This document shows, piece after piece, positions 14,065-29,600 of a stretch of DNA of 64,000 nucleotides. The translations under genes were made by a program, and so were the position numbers. The stretch is from Dimorphilus gyrociliatus (Eukaryota; Animalia; Annelida). Location: positions 62,001 through 126,000 of the forward strand of contig CAJFCJ010000028.1 in the NCBI GenBank assembly GCA_904063045.1. The letters run 5' to 3'. Position 1 is the first letter of the stretch. Every line of letters starts with the position of its first letter. The notes beneath the pieces are model-generated. The model made no database searches. It saw nothing but the letters and a program-made list of their open reading frames with translations, and was not told the DNA's origin.

Positions 14065-14647
14065 GTCTTAACGGAATGATTTAGCTTTATACAAATTTTC
14101 GTTTTATACACTGTAAAGTTTTTTCATCTAAAAATAAATTAAGTTGGTGTTTTTATATGACGAAAGAGTGTTTTCTTTCTAGGCCTCTTTTGAACCTTTT
14201 AATATTGAAAGGGATATAAGCTTAATCATGATTCACAAGTGCCAGCTGATAAAAGTATTTCGGTTTGGCCGATAAGAGCGATATGATTTGATAAGAATAA
14301 AGAATTATAGATACTTCAATAAAGCTTATTACAGTAGGAAACGAAAAATAATTTTTGAGAAGATAGGACAATTATAATAATATATTAGAAATATTCAAAA
14401 TTAGAAAGAAATAAAGAAGGTTAGTTGGTGTTTTTTTAGATAAATGATAATAGATAAAATTAACGAATAATTTAATCTTTTTGAATATGTTACTGTAATT
14501 AGAAAAACAGCTATACTTGTTATTCAGACTTTGATATAGTTGAGTAGTGACATACCGGCCTATAATCAATACAAAACCAACTATATATGCTTGTTTTTTT
14601 TTTTTTTTTTTTTCAACACAAGTTGTTTTTGAAATAAGGAAAGTTAA

Positions 14648-16798
<2,151 letters not shown>

Positions 16799-16897
16799 TA
16801 TATGTTATTATCTCTTAATACAAAACCATAAAACATTTTTTTGACCAAATTTCTAATTCGATACTAGCGTCGCCTAGTGTCGTGTTGTTATTATTAC

Positions 16898-16907
16898 GCG
16901 CATGCGC
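16898..16907. promoter_or_regulatory. NRF1/EWG-type palindromic site GCGCATGCGC
   Basis: Exact palindrome in a CpG-rich patch upstream of a likely untranslated first exon of the CCPG1-like gene. Confidence 0.55.
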
Positions 16908-17314
16908 ACAAGAACATCAACTAACAGTCGAAATAGAAGTAGAAAACGTTTCAAGGTATTATTTACACAGATTTTATGAATTTAAAATCAAATTATTATA
17001 ATGTTTTGTTAAAATCACTAATAAAAATTCATGTTTCAATCTTTTTAAGAGACAAGCAATTATTAGAAATGTTAATTTTGATATTTACTAGAAGCTATAG
17101 TAGTTGGGTTAAATATTTCAATTTCTCAGTAAACTTAATCCCTATATCAGCTTTTCAGAGGTTTTTTTGTAAATTAACTTTTTATTTTCTTCTTTTTCTA
17201 AAACTTTTAGATAAAATACAACAATAATAACATTGTAGGCCTGTAATTACAGTATTATTTACATTGATTAGCGACTTGATTCTTCAAACTACAATTTGCA
17301 GGTGACATAGTGTC

Positions 17315-19487
17315 ATGTCAAACTCGTGGTGTGTTCTCGATAACGCTTTGGATTCGAATACTGATAGTTCTTCTTACGAAAAACTTGAAATATCCGATGA
17401 TAGCAATGGTATGATATATTAGTTTACCCTTTCATAAATACTATATAGAATTTTTCTTCTATTAATAGAAAGTCAATCAGAATTCAACGATAACCAGTTT
17501 ATAAATCATAGTAAGCGAATACTAATTTGATACTTTATTTGTTATTCTTTACTGTACTTAACGACTTTTCCCACTATTTTATCCGTTTAGATAATGATAG
17601 AAATGATCAAGTAGAAAGAGATCAGGCCAGCGATGAAACAGGTAATTCACTTTTAAATAACAATAAGATGGATCAGTGGATTAGCATTCGATATTAATTA
17701 ATATTCCAACATTTAAAAAATGTAAAATGCAGTGTTTACAATTTAAAAATAATTCTGTCTTAATACACGTCAGTGTGACCTTGAAAGTAAGCCTATTGCA
17801 ATAGTTATAACATAGGTATGTATGTTGATATAAAAAACATGTAATTATACAGGTCTATAAAGTTGAGTGCCCCTGGTAATAATCTATCCATTTTCTTTTC
17901 TTGGAAATGTTGCTCTTTATAAAATTCTCACCTAAATGTATAATATTTCGTATAGATTCGGATATTGTTTGCTTGGATGCTCCTTCTGATTCTTCGAGAG
18001 ACGTTAATTGTTTCTCTTCATCATCAACGACCTCATCTTTTGCAATGATAAATTTTCGCTTTGACGCTCCACCACCAAGAACTACTTACATGAGGAGAAG
18101 AATAGTTAATCCTATCAATAACATCGAATCCGATGATGACCTTCCAAGCGACGTAGATGATCGTTGCGAGAGTGACATATCAGGAGTGGCTACATCGGAA
18201 GACGAAGAGGCCAGACCGCACGAAATTGTTTTCGTTGGGGAAAAGAGAAGGATTTATAAGCATTTCCCAAATTCTACGTTGAATACAATTTTAACGCATA
18301 TTGCGCTTGCCGCCCTCTTTACTGCTATGGGAACAGGCATTGGACACTGGATCGGATCAGCAGCCTGTATCAAACTCAGGTCAGAGAGGTTAGTTCAACT
18401 GAAGAATCTGCAAGATGATTTACTCCTTTGCTTTCACGAGCAAAAACGTTTGGACAGTCAGGTATTTCTACCTAGTAAAATTTTACTTACATATAACGGC
18501 ATGAAATAAATTAACCTTATAACCATCTTATAATTTCATTAGGTTTTAAAATCTAAAGACATTGCTGCATTATGGAGAGACGCCTATGAAGAATTATTAG
18601 TGGAACGTTCAAATAAAAGACGAACAAAACAAGACGCGGAGTTAGACGTTCTAAAAAATCGCGTTCAAACCCTTGAAAAGGAAAAGGATAACTTTAAGAT
18701 AAAAGCTAACGAGCTAGAAATTGATAATTCGGAACTTCGTAACATTGTTGGTAAAATGCGCTATTCACCTCCTTTTATCAAAAATTCCAATGATTCGGAT
18801 ATTGAGGATGTAAAAGCTGAAACAATTCATGATTTTAAACAAGAAGAGACCGGTGAAAGTATTAATCGGCAGCGACACATATGGAGAAACCATAAAGCTC
18901 CGATACCATCCTCATCTTCCAAATTTGAAGAAAAATTTGTTAGATATCCAAAACACAGTTCCAGTAAAGATGGAGTAAAACTCCATCAAAACATTGATTT
19001 AGAACGAGTTTTAGACGAGTTGACAGATGTCACGGCTCCAGCCGATGTGCGAAGAATTGCTACAAAAGCCAAAAGATTGCTTATTAGAATAGATAAACTG
19101 TCAGAACTGGGCGATGAGGACGAAGATGAACTAAATGATATTGCTGATGAGATGGAAAATTTATTCGAGGAGGCTGATGATGGAGATGAAGAGCCTAGAA
19201 GAGTCTTAGCTTGGTTATCGTGCCAAAAACGTTGGTGGTTTTCAAGGTTGCGTTATAACGAAAGACGACCTTGGGAATCCTGCTTGGAGAACCTCAATGC
19301 GCTTTTAAGAAAAAAGCCAGATCCCAAATCTCGGACAAAGGAAGAGGGATTATTCAACTCGGAGCAGGACGTCACCAATTGGATGCTGAAAAGAGCACAA
19401 TTTAGAGGTGATGCTAGAATTGGTATAGAATCGCATTGGTCCTTTCTTCGAGCCGTGGGTAGATCCTATCTTCGGGAGCTCAATTAG
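17315..19487 (+). CDS. CCPG1/PBXIP1-family type II membrane protein
   Basis: Exons 17315-17408, 17469-17510, 17591-17641, 17956-18461, 18543-19487. Acidic N-terminus with SWCVL and DSDIVCL, TM ending MGTGIGHWIG (cf. CCPG1 MGFGHFYG), coiled coil, and C-terminal W-x3-RA-x2-R repeats. Confidence 0.72.
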
Positions 19488-19698
19488 ATTTCGTTCTTCC
19501 CTGCACATTGTGTCATTATAGAGAGAATGACTAGTTATATTATAACTTTCTTATATGTATCAGTTGACAAAAACTGTTGTCGAAAGAGAATATATAAATG
19601 TTTTTGAAGTTATTGATGTGTTTTCATTTAAAAACGGCGCCCTAACAAAACGGGTAGAATAAATATTTTTTGTACCAGGTAGCCATACTACGCTACGA

Positions 19699-19728
19699 AA
19701 AATGGCGGAACATAGAACAAACAAGTCG
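19699..19728 (+). promoter_or_regulatory. Probable first (untranslated/uORF) exon of ATP8B with YY1-like AAAATGGCGG
   Basis: Strong donor TCG|gtaagt at 19729, 200 bp downstream of the CCPG1-like stop, in a CpG-containing patch. Confidence 0.45.
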
Positions 19729-20364
19729 GTAAGTAAATTATATATCGATTTTATAAATAATATGTTATGTAATAAGAAACAATACGTCCTTAAAATGAAT
19801 TAAATTTTCATGATTGTTCATGCAAAGTCATATATACATATTTTCGTTTGTTTATTGAGTAGCAAGCGATCGTTCAGTTGGACGGAAGAAAAATTTCTGA
19901 TTAAGTCAGTATTCTTTTCATTAAGTCTTCTTCTAAATAGACATTAAGTCATATATTGTAATGAAGTGACTCTTACATAGACAGTCAATTAAATGAGTTT
20001 CCGTTGCTAGTTAAATAAGTCATTCTTTACTTCTTCAAGTACAGGTATTATCATAGGTAGTGTTTTTGTGATTCATAAATCGGTAATGACTAAACTTCAT
20101 AGGCGTAAACATTGACCTACGATGCTAGATAATATGTTGTTTAAGTAAAACTGTTGTCTTGAAGGAATTACTAGTTTCCTGACAATTTTAAAATCGAATA
20201 ATTATGAAAATATCCCAAGAGGTTATGAAAAGTTCAAAGGGTAAAAATTAATTTTCAATAAATAATTTAGACCTAAGTAATAGTTTTACCATCATCGGCC
20301 TTCGTGACATGTACGATAACTTATCTGTTCAGATAATTCTGCTGACTTATCATTTGTGGCTTTG

Positions 20365-20366
<2 letters not shown>

Positions 20367-20406
<40 letters not shown>
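20367..20406. repeat. (TA)20 microsatellite
   Basis: Read directly; the longest of many (TA)n tracts in the window. Confidence 0.95.
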
Positions 20407-20408
<2 letters not shown>

Positions 20409-20699
20409 GTATCATCTGTTGATTATAAAAATTACTGTAAAGTCTAGCGGACTGCAACATGTGTTAAAATTTAAGGTCAATATTAAAGCAGGATACGTAT
20501 GTTTATATTATATACATTTTTATTCACCATAAAGACTTATTAGCCTATGCATGCGTGTCTTTATTTGGCCGTTTTCATTGTTTATATCCAAGATATACAA
20601 TACTCTTGTTATAACAACCTTTGAAATTTTAATGTATTTTTTATTTAACAGTGACGTTGGACAGTTTGATATGTAGAAAGGAAGGAAAAAGCGGAATTG

Positions 20700-23600
20700 A
20701 TGGCACCAAAACAAACAGGTTTGATCCTTTACATTCTTAATTTACTTACGGAGAATCCAACGATCCCTTACCAGATAGATAATCGATTAACAATCTTTAA
20801 TTGGTAAATTTACAAATTAATTGAATGACAATTGGGATTTATTCGTTTCTCAGAATATTTATATTTGTTATCTGACAGTAGTAGGTTAAATGGATTTCTT
20901 CTCCACGTAGATCAATACGTACCCGTGCTATGAATGACCGATATATAATTTAAAAAAACCTCACTCCTTATAATGATTTATTATGACATTCTTTATGAGA
21001 AAGTTGAGCAATTTTCGAATACTTTCAGTATTTCTTACATATGCGAATAGCATATTTAAATACATTCGACTCGTTGATATATAGCAGCTACTTTCCTGAT
21101 TAAAGTGTATACGCTTTCGTCTTATAAGCTTTTTGTGTGTACTGCTCCCATTCAATTTGTTTTTTGAGATTTTCAGATGAATAACTCGTATTTATTGACC
21201 TCTTTAAATTCGTTATTAAACTTATAAAGCTAACATTTCTAAATATATTGATTTAACGATAAAACTATAAACGTGAAAAGAGGAAAAAATAGATAAACTT
21301 TCAACATTTATTATTTATCACAAATGGAAAGAATATATAGGCAGATATAAAGTTTTTCCTATTCGCAAACTCGAACAAACTATATATACAGTATAGCTAT
21401 ATATTTAGATGTAAATAATACAGAAAAATAAAGAAAAATACTCACCTGGAGTGTTTTTCTAGTAGTGAATCAATACTAATTGTCCTCAATAATATTAATA
21501 CCTTTTTTTTTTTATTAATTAACTAACTAATTAATTTATTGTAGAATGATAAAGAGATTTTCTTGTTTTGACAAATATGAACCACTTATATCTTGAAGAT
21601 ACAAAAAAAATCATAAAAAAGCAAATATCTGTTAAAAAGATGAGAATTGTTTGTCTCTCTATTTTCATACTCTATTGTATATTACTGTTCAGCGGCACAT
21701 CTGTCAAGATTGTTTAAATTGGTTGTATTAAATTTAATTAGTTTACTTCCCTTAGCAACGTGGAAAAATTCAATATTTCTAACATGCTTTCTTTTCTGTC
21801 TGCCTTGCCCCTACCCTCCCCTCTTTCTCTTGATCTGCCCCAGCTCTCTTATTTTCCACCACCCCTTCTGTCTTGTATTTTTCTTAATTATTTCGTATAT
21901 AATGAATTATTTAACGATCCAATTCGATTTCCATCTCATTTGCTTGAATAAAGTCGAGCGAACTATGACAAAACAAAAAGAGGACAGAAGCCCGTCCTTA
22001 TCGAGCGTCACGTCATCGAGCGTCCTGTTGAACAACGATCAGTTAACACCTCGTATTGACGTCGGTTTGGTAACGTCTGATCAAAACGATATTCCTCTTA
22101 ATCAGTTAGTTCGTTCAAAAGCGAGCTTAGATAAAAATCATTCTCGTCGTCGATCAAAGAAATTAAGAAAAAAGGCTTCAGTCAAACTTGACAGTTACAT
22201 AGACGATCTAAATTACTCAAAAGTCGTAAAGACACTACCTAAAACTAACAACACAGTGAAAGAAAGAGGAACTCAAACTCTTAACAATACTCCATCCGAG
22301 AGGAACATCTTGGACATAAGAGATTATTATAAACAACTCGATGAGGAAAAACGAATAAAAGAGGAAGAAGAAGCCAAGTTAGCAAAAGAAGAAGAGCAAG
22401 AGCAAACTGAGAAAAACGAAAAAGATAGCCAATTAAAAGAAATTATTGAAAGTATAGCCAACCACGAAAAAGGAGTATGTAAAATTGAGCTAGTGCACCA
22501 ACTATTAGGCTTAAAATATGATGATGGATGTCTAAACATAAAAGTTGAATGTGCCTGCGAAACTTGTACTTATAAAATCGACGAAATGCCGTCTAAAATG
22601 GATAATAAATGGACTCAAACCCGAATAAAAACGAATAAAATCATTCCAATTTTAACCAGTACACGCAATTAATATCAATATAATATAATATTATTTTGAC
22701 TTAAGTTTTATCTATTGAATAATAATTAAAATATTTTTTAATCTAAACAGAACAACAAAGACATATTAGAGCTAATGATCCTGTATATAATGCTTCATTT
22801 CGATATGCAGTGAGTATACTCTTAGATTATTATCATAAACAGGTACAAAATGATAATCATATCGTCTGTCTTTAAAATTTATTTTTAGGTTTTATTAAAC
22901 TTGTAAAATATTTATAGTCAATAGAAATAGTGTAGCTTTTTATAATAATATTCATATTCTTCATCTAACACGTTTTAAAAGGTTCAAATAGCGTATACAT
23001 TTACTTGGCTTTTTATTATGCTATTATAAAAAATACTACATGATTGCGAGGTAGATAAAGCATAGCAGGTTATATAGTTATAATTGTGCTTTATGCTTTA
23101 TATAGTATATAGTGTATATAGAAAGTAATATATTACGTTATTATACAGAGGTGCTACCACTGGCAATTGAAATCTAACAGATGATTTTATACATCTAAAT
23201 ATTAATTATTTAAATATTAACATAGTGACTCTTGAAAAGAGTAGGGAAGAGGAAAATTTCTTCTTTTTTTTACTTTTCCTAAAATTTTAAAATACTAATA
23301 TATTAATAATAGAATTTCTTAAAGTATTAACTAATTAATTAAATATTTTATAATTTTTTGTTAAAAACGAAAGTATAAGCTGATTGATTAGCCTAAAATA
23401 TTTAAATACAATGTATACTGCACATATAAGTAAATATTATATTAAACTAGTATATATACAGTACAATAGGTATGAATAATCTAAATCTAAATTGAAAATT
23501 CTTAATTGTATAATTAATTTATTTATATATTCAATTCGTATAGCGCTATACTAATTAAATCATTTAATTAAAATATAGATAATACTTAACTATCTCAATA

Positions 23601-26600
23601 GAATTAATTTAAAATATTCATAAGAGAAATAAAATTCAATAAGAAAGGGATGTCCGTTAAATAGTGTATTTATTTTAAGTAACGATTTATAGATGCTGTC
23701 TTGTTTATATATATATATATATATATATATAAACCTAACCTTCTCACATACACTTTTAACATTTTTCCATTGAAAATCTACATATATATACATTATATAT
23801 ATAAATATATCTATCAGCATGTATATATCTTTTTACATAATGAAATTAACCATACAGAAAAATTAAAATATGTATTTCTATACTTGTTTACTAATTTTAT
23901 TTAAATATTTTCTTTCTTTTCTAGAATAATCATATATCCACATCAAAGTACAACTTTTTAACTTTTATACCGAAAAATTTATTTGAGCAGTTCCAGAGAT
24001 TGGCAAATGCCTATTTTCTTGCTCTTCTTATCCTTCAGGTATGTTTCTCTCTTTTTGAAGCTATTAGTATACTTTTATAAAGTTCCCTTTACATTTATAC
24101 TAATGTATACCACCTATATCTTTAAATAATTAAGAAATGATTCTTTATCAGTAGGTTAAGTATGTTTAGTTAATTATTGCAGCTTATACCACAAATCTCG
24201 TCATTAAGTTGGGTGACAACAATCTTACCTCTAGCTATAGTTCTAATTCTGACGGCAACAAAAGATGCTGTTGACGATTTTGTAAGCAAAATCCATACCC
24301 ACGCATTGTATAATATTTCTATCCTTATGTTGAAAGGAAACTGTTTAGGACGGGTTTATGGGTGTTTTTAATTGTAATGGTCTTATCTTTTTTTAATGGT
24401 TATCGGTGTATTATTACAACGTTTTTTAGTACAGTACCCAAGGTATTATTGCATATTAAATACTAATATACTTGTATATGCAGTATATATATTTTCCTAT
24501 GCAAACATTGGTTTCTTTCTACATCTATAAGTTACTAATAATACAATTAGTTAAGTACAAAATTTTATAGGCTGTTGTTTATTAGTTTTTATGATATTAT
24601 TTAGTGATATAAATAAATGCCTATTATATATGTCAGTATATTAAAGTAGGAAATGTATGCATATAACATATATGTATGTATGATTTTTTTTATATATAAA
24701 ATATACTGTAGTAACACAGCAAGAATCTACAAACACGCGGGCATACACACATATATAGTGTACAAACAAATATGCAAATACTGTATATAAATTTATACAT
24801 TGTATATATTAGTATACGCTGTATATATATATATATAAAATATTATATTAATAAGTATTAATATACAATTATTCTTAAAACATTTATACATTTATTGAAA
24901 ATAATTTTTTCTATAAATTACAAAAAAAAAAAATAACAATAGCTGATACCCGCTATATCATCGTTAACACCTGCTACCACAATAGTACCCTTATTTGCCG
25001 TTATATCTTTGACGGCATTGAAAGATATTATTGATGATATTGTAAGTCTAATAATCAAGATTGTATTAAAAAAAATGAATTAAATGTGTTTTCTTTTGCG
25101 CACCCATTTTTGTAACGAAATATCATGTTCATAGTGTAGAATTTTTGTTTTAAATATTCATCATTGCTATATTTGTAAACTCACGTTTATTGAATCTTAT
25201 ATTTCTAATTATTTTCTTCAATGTTGTGTTGATATTATACAGTTAATTCCTCAAATTTCATCTCTCACTCCACTTACGACCATTGTTCCTTTGGTGGCCG
25301 TGCTAACCGCAACGGCCATCAAAGATCTCTTAGACGACATTGTAAGTTTATTTCGATAGATTAAAAATAAACTATCAGCTAAAAGAGTATAGCAATATGA
25401 TTCAACTAATTATCTTGTTGTAACTTTTGTTTCAAAGATATAGTTTTTTTTCCAAAGGTTTACTTATTAAATATCCTCTATCTTTCGTTATTTTATTGTT
25501 TGTCCAATATTAATAGGAATGTATACAAGTAAAGGATTTTACAACCAATTTCCTAATATTAGTTCACTTCTAGAAACTTAATCTTGCTTAATGAGAAGTG
25601 TGAAAGTGATAACAGATACCAAACAAAGCAGTTGATATTAATAGTATTGAACTTATGGTATTTATACATATTTTGAAAACATTCTATAGGATAAAATAGG
25701 AAAACTGGACAAAAAACAAAACGAAGATATCTAGTCGTTTTGTATTCCTTTCATTCTTATGTCTAGTTAATTGATTACTTTATTTTTCTTTCTCTCTGTT
25801 TCTGTTTTATTCCTTTCTTTCAATTCCATTCCTCTGTATTTCAAATTTCAATAAACTTTTTTTTTTATCTCCAACATAAATTATGTATAGTACCGTTAGT
25901 TAATTGTAATTGTTTAACAGGGCCTGTTTCATTCGCATTTTCATCGACTAGCTAAAAGTTGTCATATATATATAATTAATCAAAATTACCTTTAAGTGGG
26001 CATAAACTATTTTATACGTCATATATAATTTTAAATTGAGATTGAATAGTGGCTAAATTAAAAATATTTTAGATAGATTGAAATTAGCATTTACTTCTAA
26101 TTGAAAAATCCTCTCTAATTAAAAAAATGAAGAATTCCATTTAATACATCTAACATTAAAGTATTACATGAATTTATTATATTTCGAATTCAAACAGGGG
26201 AAAAAAAGTAATAACAGCATTTTTCAATTAATAATTAATATTTATTAATGAATATATGGACTTATTAATAACTGATTCTTTCTAAAACAGTTCTAATGCT
26301 GTTGGTAATGTAAGAAAAAAAATTTCGTACGAAATAAGCTTGTACTAAGTCATCGTTTTTCTTGTTAAGCAAGTTAGAAAATGTTGTTTATAGACTTTTA
26401 TTATGATTCTTAGTGTTTTTACAAGTAATTGAAAGGTAAAATTGTATTATTGAATTATCTACTACCTTTTTTCCATATTCAACTTCTATTCTTTCGACAG
26501 TTCAATAAAGTAGACACAATAATATTACATTATAAAGTTCACTTTTATTCAAACATTAACGAATAAAGTTCATAGAACTTTTTAATGAATGCTTATTGTT

Positions 26601-29600
26601 CGATTTTCTATACTAGAAACAACGAAAATGAAATCTATGAATAAGGCCTAGAAAAAAATATTTTTTTATTCAACACCTTTTCCTTCGCTTCCTGTTGAGG
26701 TCGAATGATTTCGATCTCTTCCTCGCCACTTTGTTTACTCGTCATTTCCTACAGTAATAGTCTTTTTAAATTATTGATTATCTGATTGTCATTGCTAGAC
26801 TACAGCTATTCAGAAATATTTCTCGTTAGCGCTTAATTATTTACTCTTTTGAAAGAAAAGTAAAAAGGCTGGTTCAGTATTATAAAATTATAATATCATT
26901 TAAAAATAAGGGTTTTTTGGTGAATTTTCTTCGTTTTTCCTAATAAAAACAGTCTATTATTTTGACAACTGGAGTATTTTTGATACCGATTTAGTACTTA
27001 TAGATAAATTAACAGTTGTTTAATCATCAAATATACTAAAAGTGGATCAATTTAGATAGTTGGCTATCTTTCAATAAATGTATTTCCACATCAGAATATA
27101 AGGTAGGTGTAGAATAGGAAAGAAGAGACTCTGAAATCGAAGTATATGAGTAGATTACTACTTTATTTGCGTGTTCTATTTATATTAATATATATATACT
27201 TATACGCAATGGTATCTAGTCACACAGTATTTGGACAGAAGGAGGAAACTGTTAAATCTTGATGATAGCTTTCATCTATTATATTAAATAATTCTTGCTA
27301 TGGATTTACTCTGCAAGCAATTTCTTCTCCCTTTTATTTCTTTTTCTTCCCTTAATATTGTTTATTTATATCTTATTTTATTTCCATTAATTACGTGTTA
27401 GTTATATACAAAATTGAACTATAATTCATGGTTGATAACAAGCTTTTATAAATATAAATAGGCGAGACAAACAAACTTCTTATTTCTACAATACTATTTA
27501 TATCTCCCTTTTATTTAGTGCTTAAATACGAAAACAAAATATTAATACTTAAACCTTTGGAAATATTAACTCTTTAGATAACTATTACTTTTATTCTGGC
27601 CATTAATAGTAGAGCAACTGGCTAAAATATAAACAAAATTAGACCAGTTTGTTTTAGCACGTGATATGTTTATTAAAAGAGAATAAATTGGTCATCTTTC
27701 ACTGGCTTTCTAGTTTTGTTTATATATATATTTGTTATATTGTCCTGTATGCTAGTGATACTAGTTTTAATGCTTTGAAAAATATTGAAATTATAAGGAA
27801 AAAATATAAAATCATTAAATATCTTAATCATTCCTCACGCTTGTATAATTACTTTATTGAAATATTTCTTTAGTATTTTGTTGCATGTCTTTTTGAAAAC
27901 AAAAATAGTACATACATCTTTTAGATACCTATCTACGAGTATGTAATACAGTATATATATATACATATATAAATATATTTGTATATATGTATATAAATAT
28001 AGATATACATATAATTGCTATTCATTTATAACAATGGCTTATGTAATAGTAATCATCTAATAGATAACTTTAAAAAAAGAAAATGTATTGTATTAATTAA
28101 TGCTTAGAATGCTTTATAAAAAATTTTTTTTCTATTCTTTTTCAAGCTTCAATTGTTAAGTTTCTTTTATCTTTTTTTCTTATGATTTTGATATGGGCAC
28201 CAGTCTAATTATCCTTAGTTATGCTTATTTCGTTCAATTTTCTTCACCTCTATTATTATTTGACTTTTCTCTATAAATAACTTTAGTATTATCATTATAA
28301 ATCATTTTGGAAATTATTACTTTAGAGACGTCATAGAAGTGATAGTCAAGTAAATAATAGGGAATCATATGTACTGAGAAATGGAGAATTTGTTGAAGAA
28401 AGATGGCACAAAGTGGTCGTTGGAGATATCATCAAAATGGAAAACAATCAATTTGTCGCTGCCGATTTGTTTCTTCTATCTTCTTCCGAAGAGTCAGAGT
28501 TGATTTACATCGAAACTGCCGAATTGGATGGGGAAACCAATTTGAAAGTTCGACAATGCATTCCTGATATATCCTGCTACAAAGATGACCAAACAAAATG
28601 GGGGAATTTTAATGGCGAAATAACTTGTGAACCTCCAAATAATAACTTGAATAAGTTTAATGGCTATTTAAGCTACAACAATAGAAAGTTTCCAGTGTCC
28701 AATGATCATATGCTTCTAAGAGGGTGCGTCTTACGTAACACATCATGGTGTTACGGTATGGTAGTCTATGCCGGTAAAGATTCAAAGCTGATGATGAATA
28801 GCGGTCCGTCAAAATTCAAAAGAACACACATTGATCGTTTAATGAATATCCTAATAGTTGGAATATTTTGCTTTCTTGCGTTGATGTGCCTTATATGTAC
28901 CGTGGCTTGTGGAGTATGGGAGACAATTATTGGGTATGATTTCCAAAAATATCTTCCTTGGGATAGTTATGTTCCAGGATCTATTGCGAAAAGTGACAAA
29001 TCTGGGTCAAAGAATGCAGGAGCGGCAGTCATCGCTCTATTAGTCTTTCTCTCTTACGTGATCATTTTAAATACCGTAGTGCCTATATCGTTGTATGTCA
29101 GTGTGGAAATTATTCGTTTCGTGCACTCACAATGGATCAATTGGGATATAAAATTATACCATGAAAAAACCAATACTCCTGCATTAGCGAGAACAACAAC
29201 CCTTAACGAAGAATTGGGGCAAATAGAATACATATTTTCCGATAAGACGGGAACGCTAACTCAGAATATAATGACTTTCAATAAGTGTACCATTAATGGT
29301 GTTTCGTACGGACTACCATATGATGATGATGGAAGACCTATGGAAAAACCTAAGCTTGTAGATTTTAAAATCAATAACAAATATGGCGATACAAATCTGG
29401 AATTTTATGATCATCGTTTGTTATACAAGATTAAGAGGGGCGACGAGAGTTGCCAACTATTTTTTAAACTGTTATCCCTTTGCCATACTGTTATGGCCGA
29501 AGAAGAAGATGGTGAAATTGATTATCAAGCTCAGTCACCTGACGAAGAGGCCTTAGTTAGTGCTGCTAAGAATTTTGGTTTTGTCTTTAAGGTAAGTCAA

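Noticed and set aside
21647-21964. Hydrophobic 5' extension of the 341-aa ORF
   Set aside because: Starts at TTG in C/T-rich low-complexity sequence; coding character begins at ATG 21965.
23590-23904. YIYI-type ORFs (also 39256-39480, 50383-50613, 27661-27873)
   Set aside because: Translations of (TA)n microsatellites and AT-rich intron sequence.
24358-25107. Complementary 7-mers ATGGGTG (24358) and CACCCAT (25101) flanking TM2 exon B as a docking/selector pair
   Set aside because: A 7-8 bp match is expected by chance over these intron lengths; needs comparative evidence.
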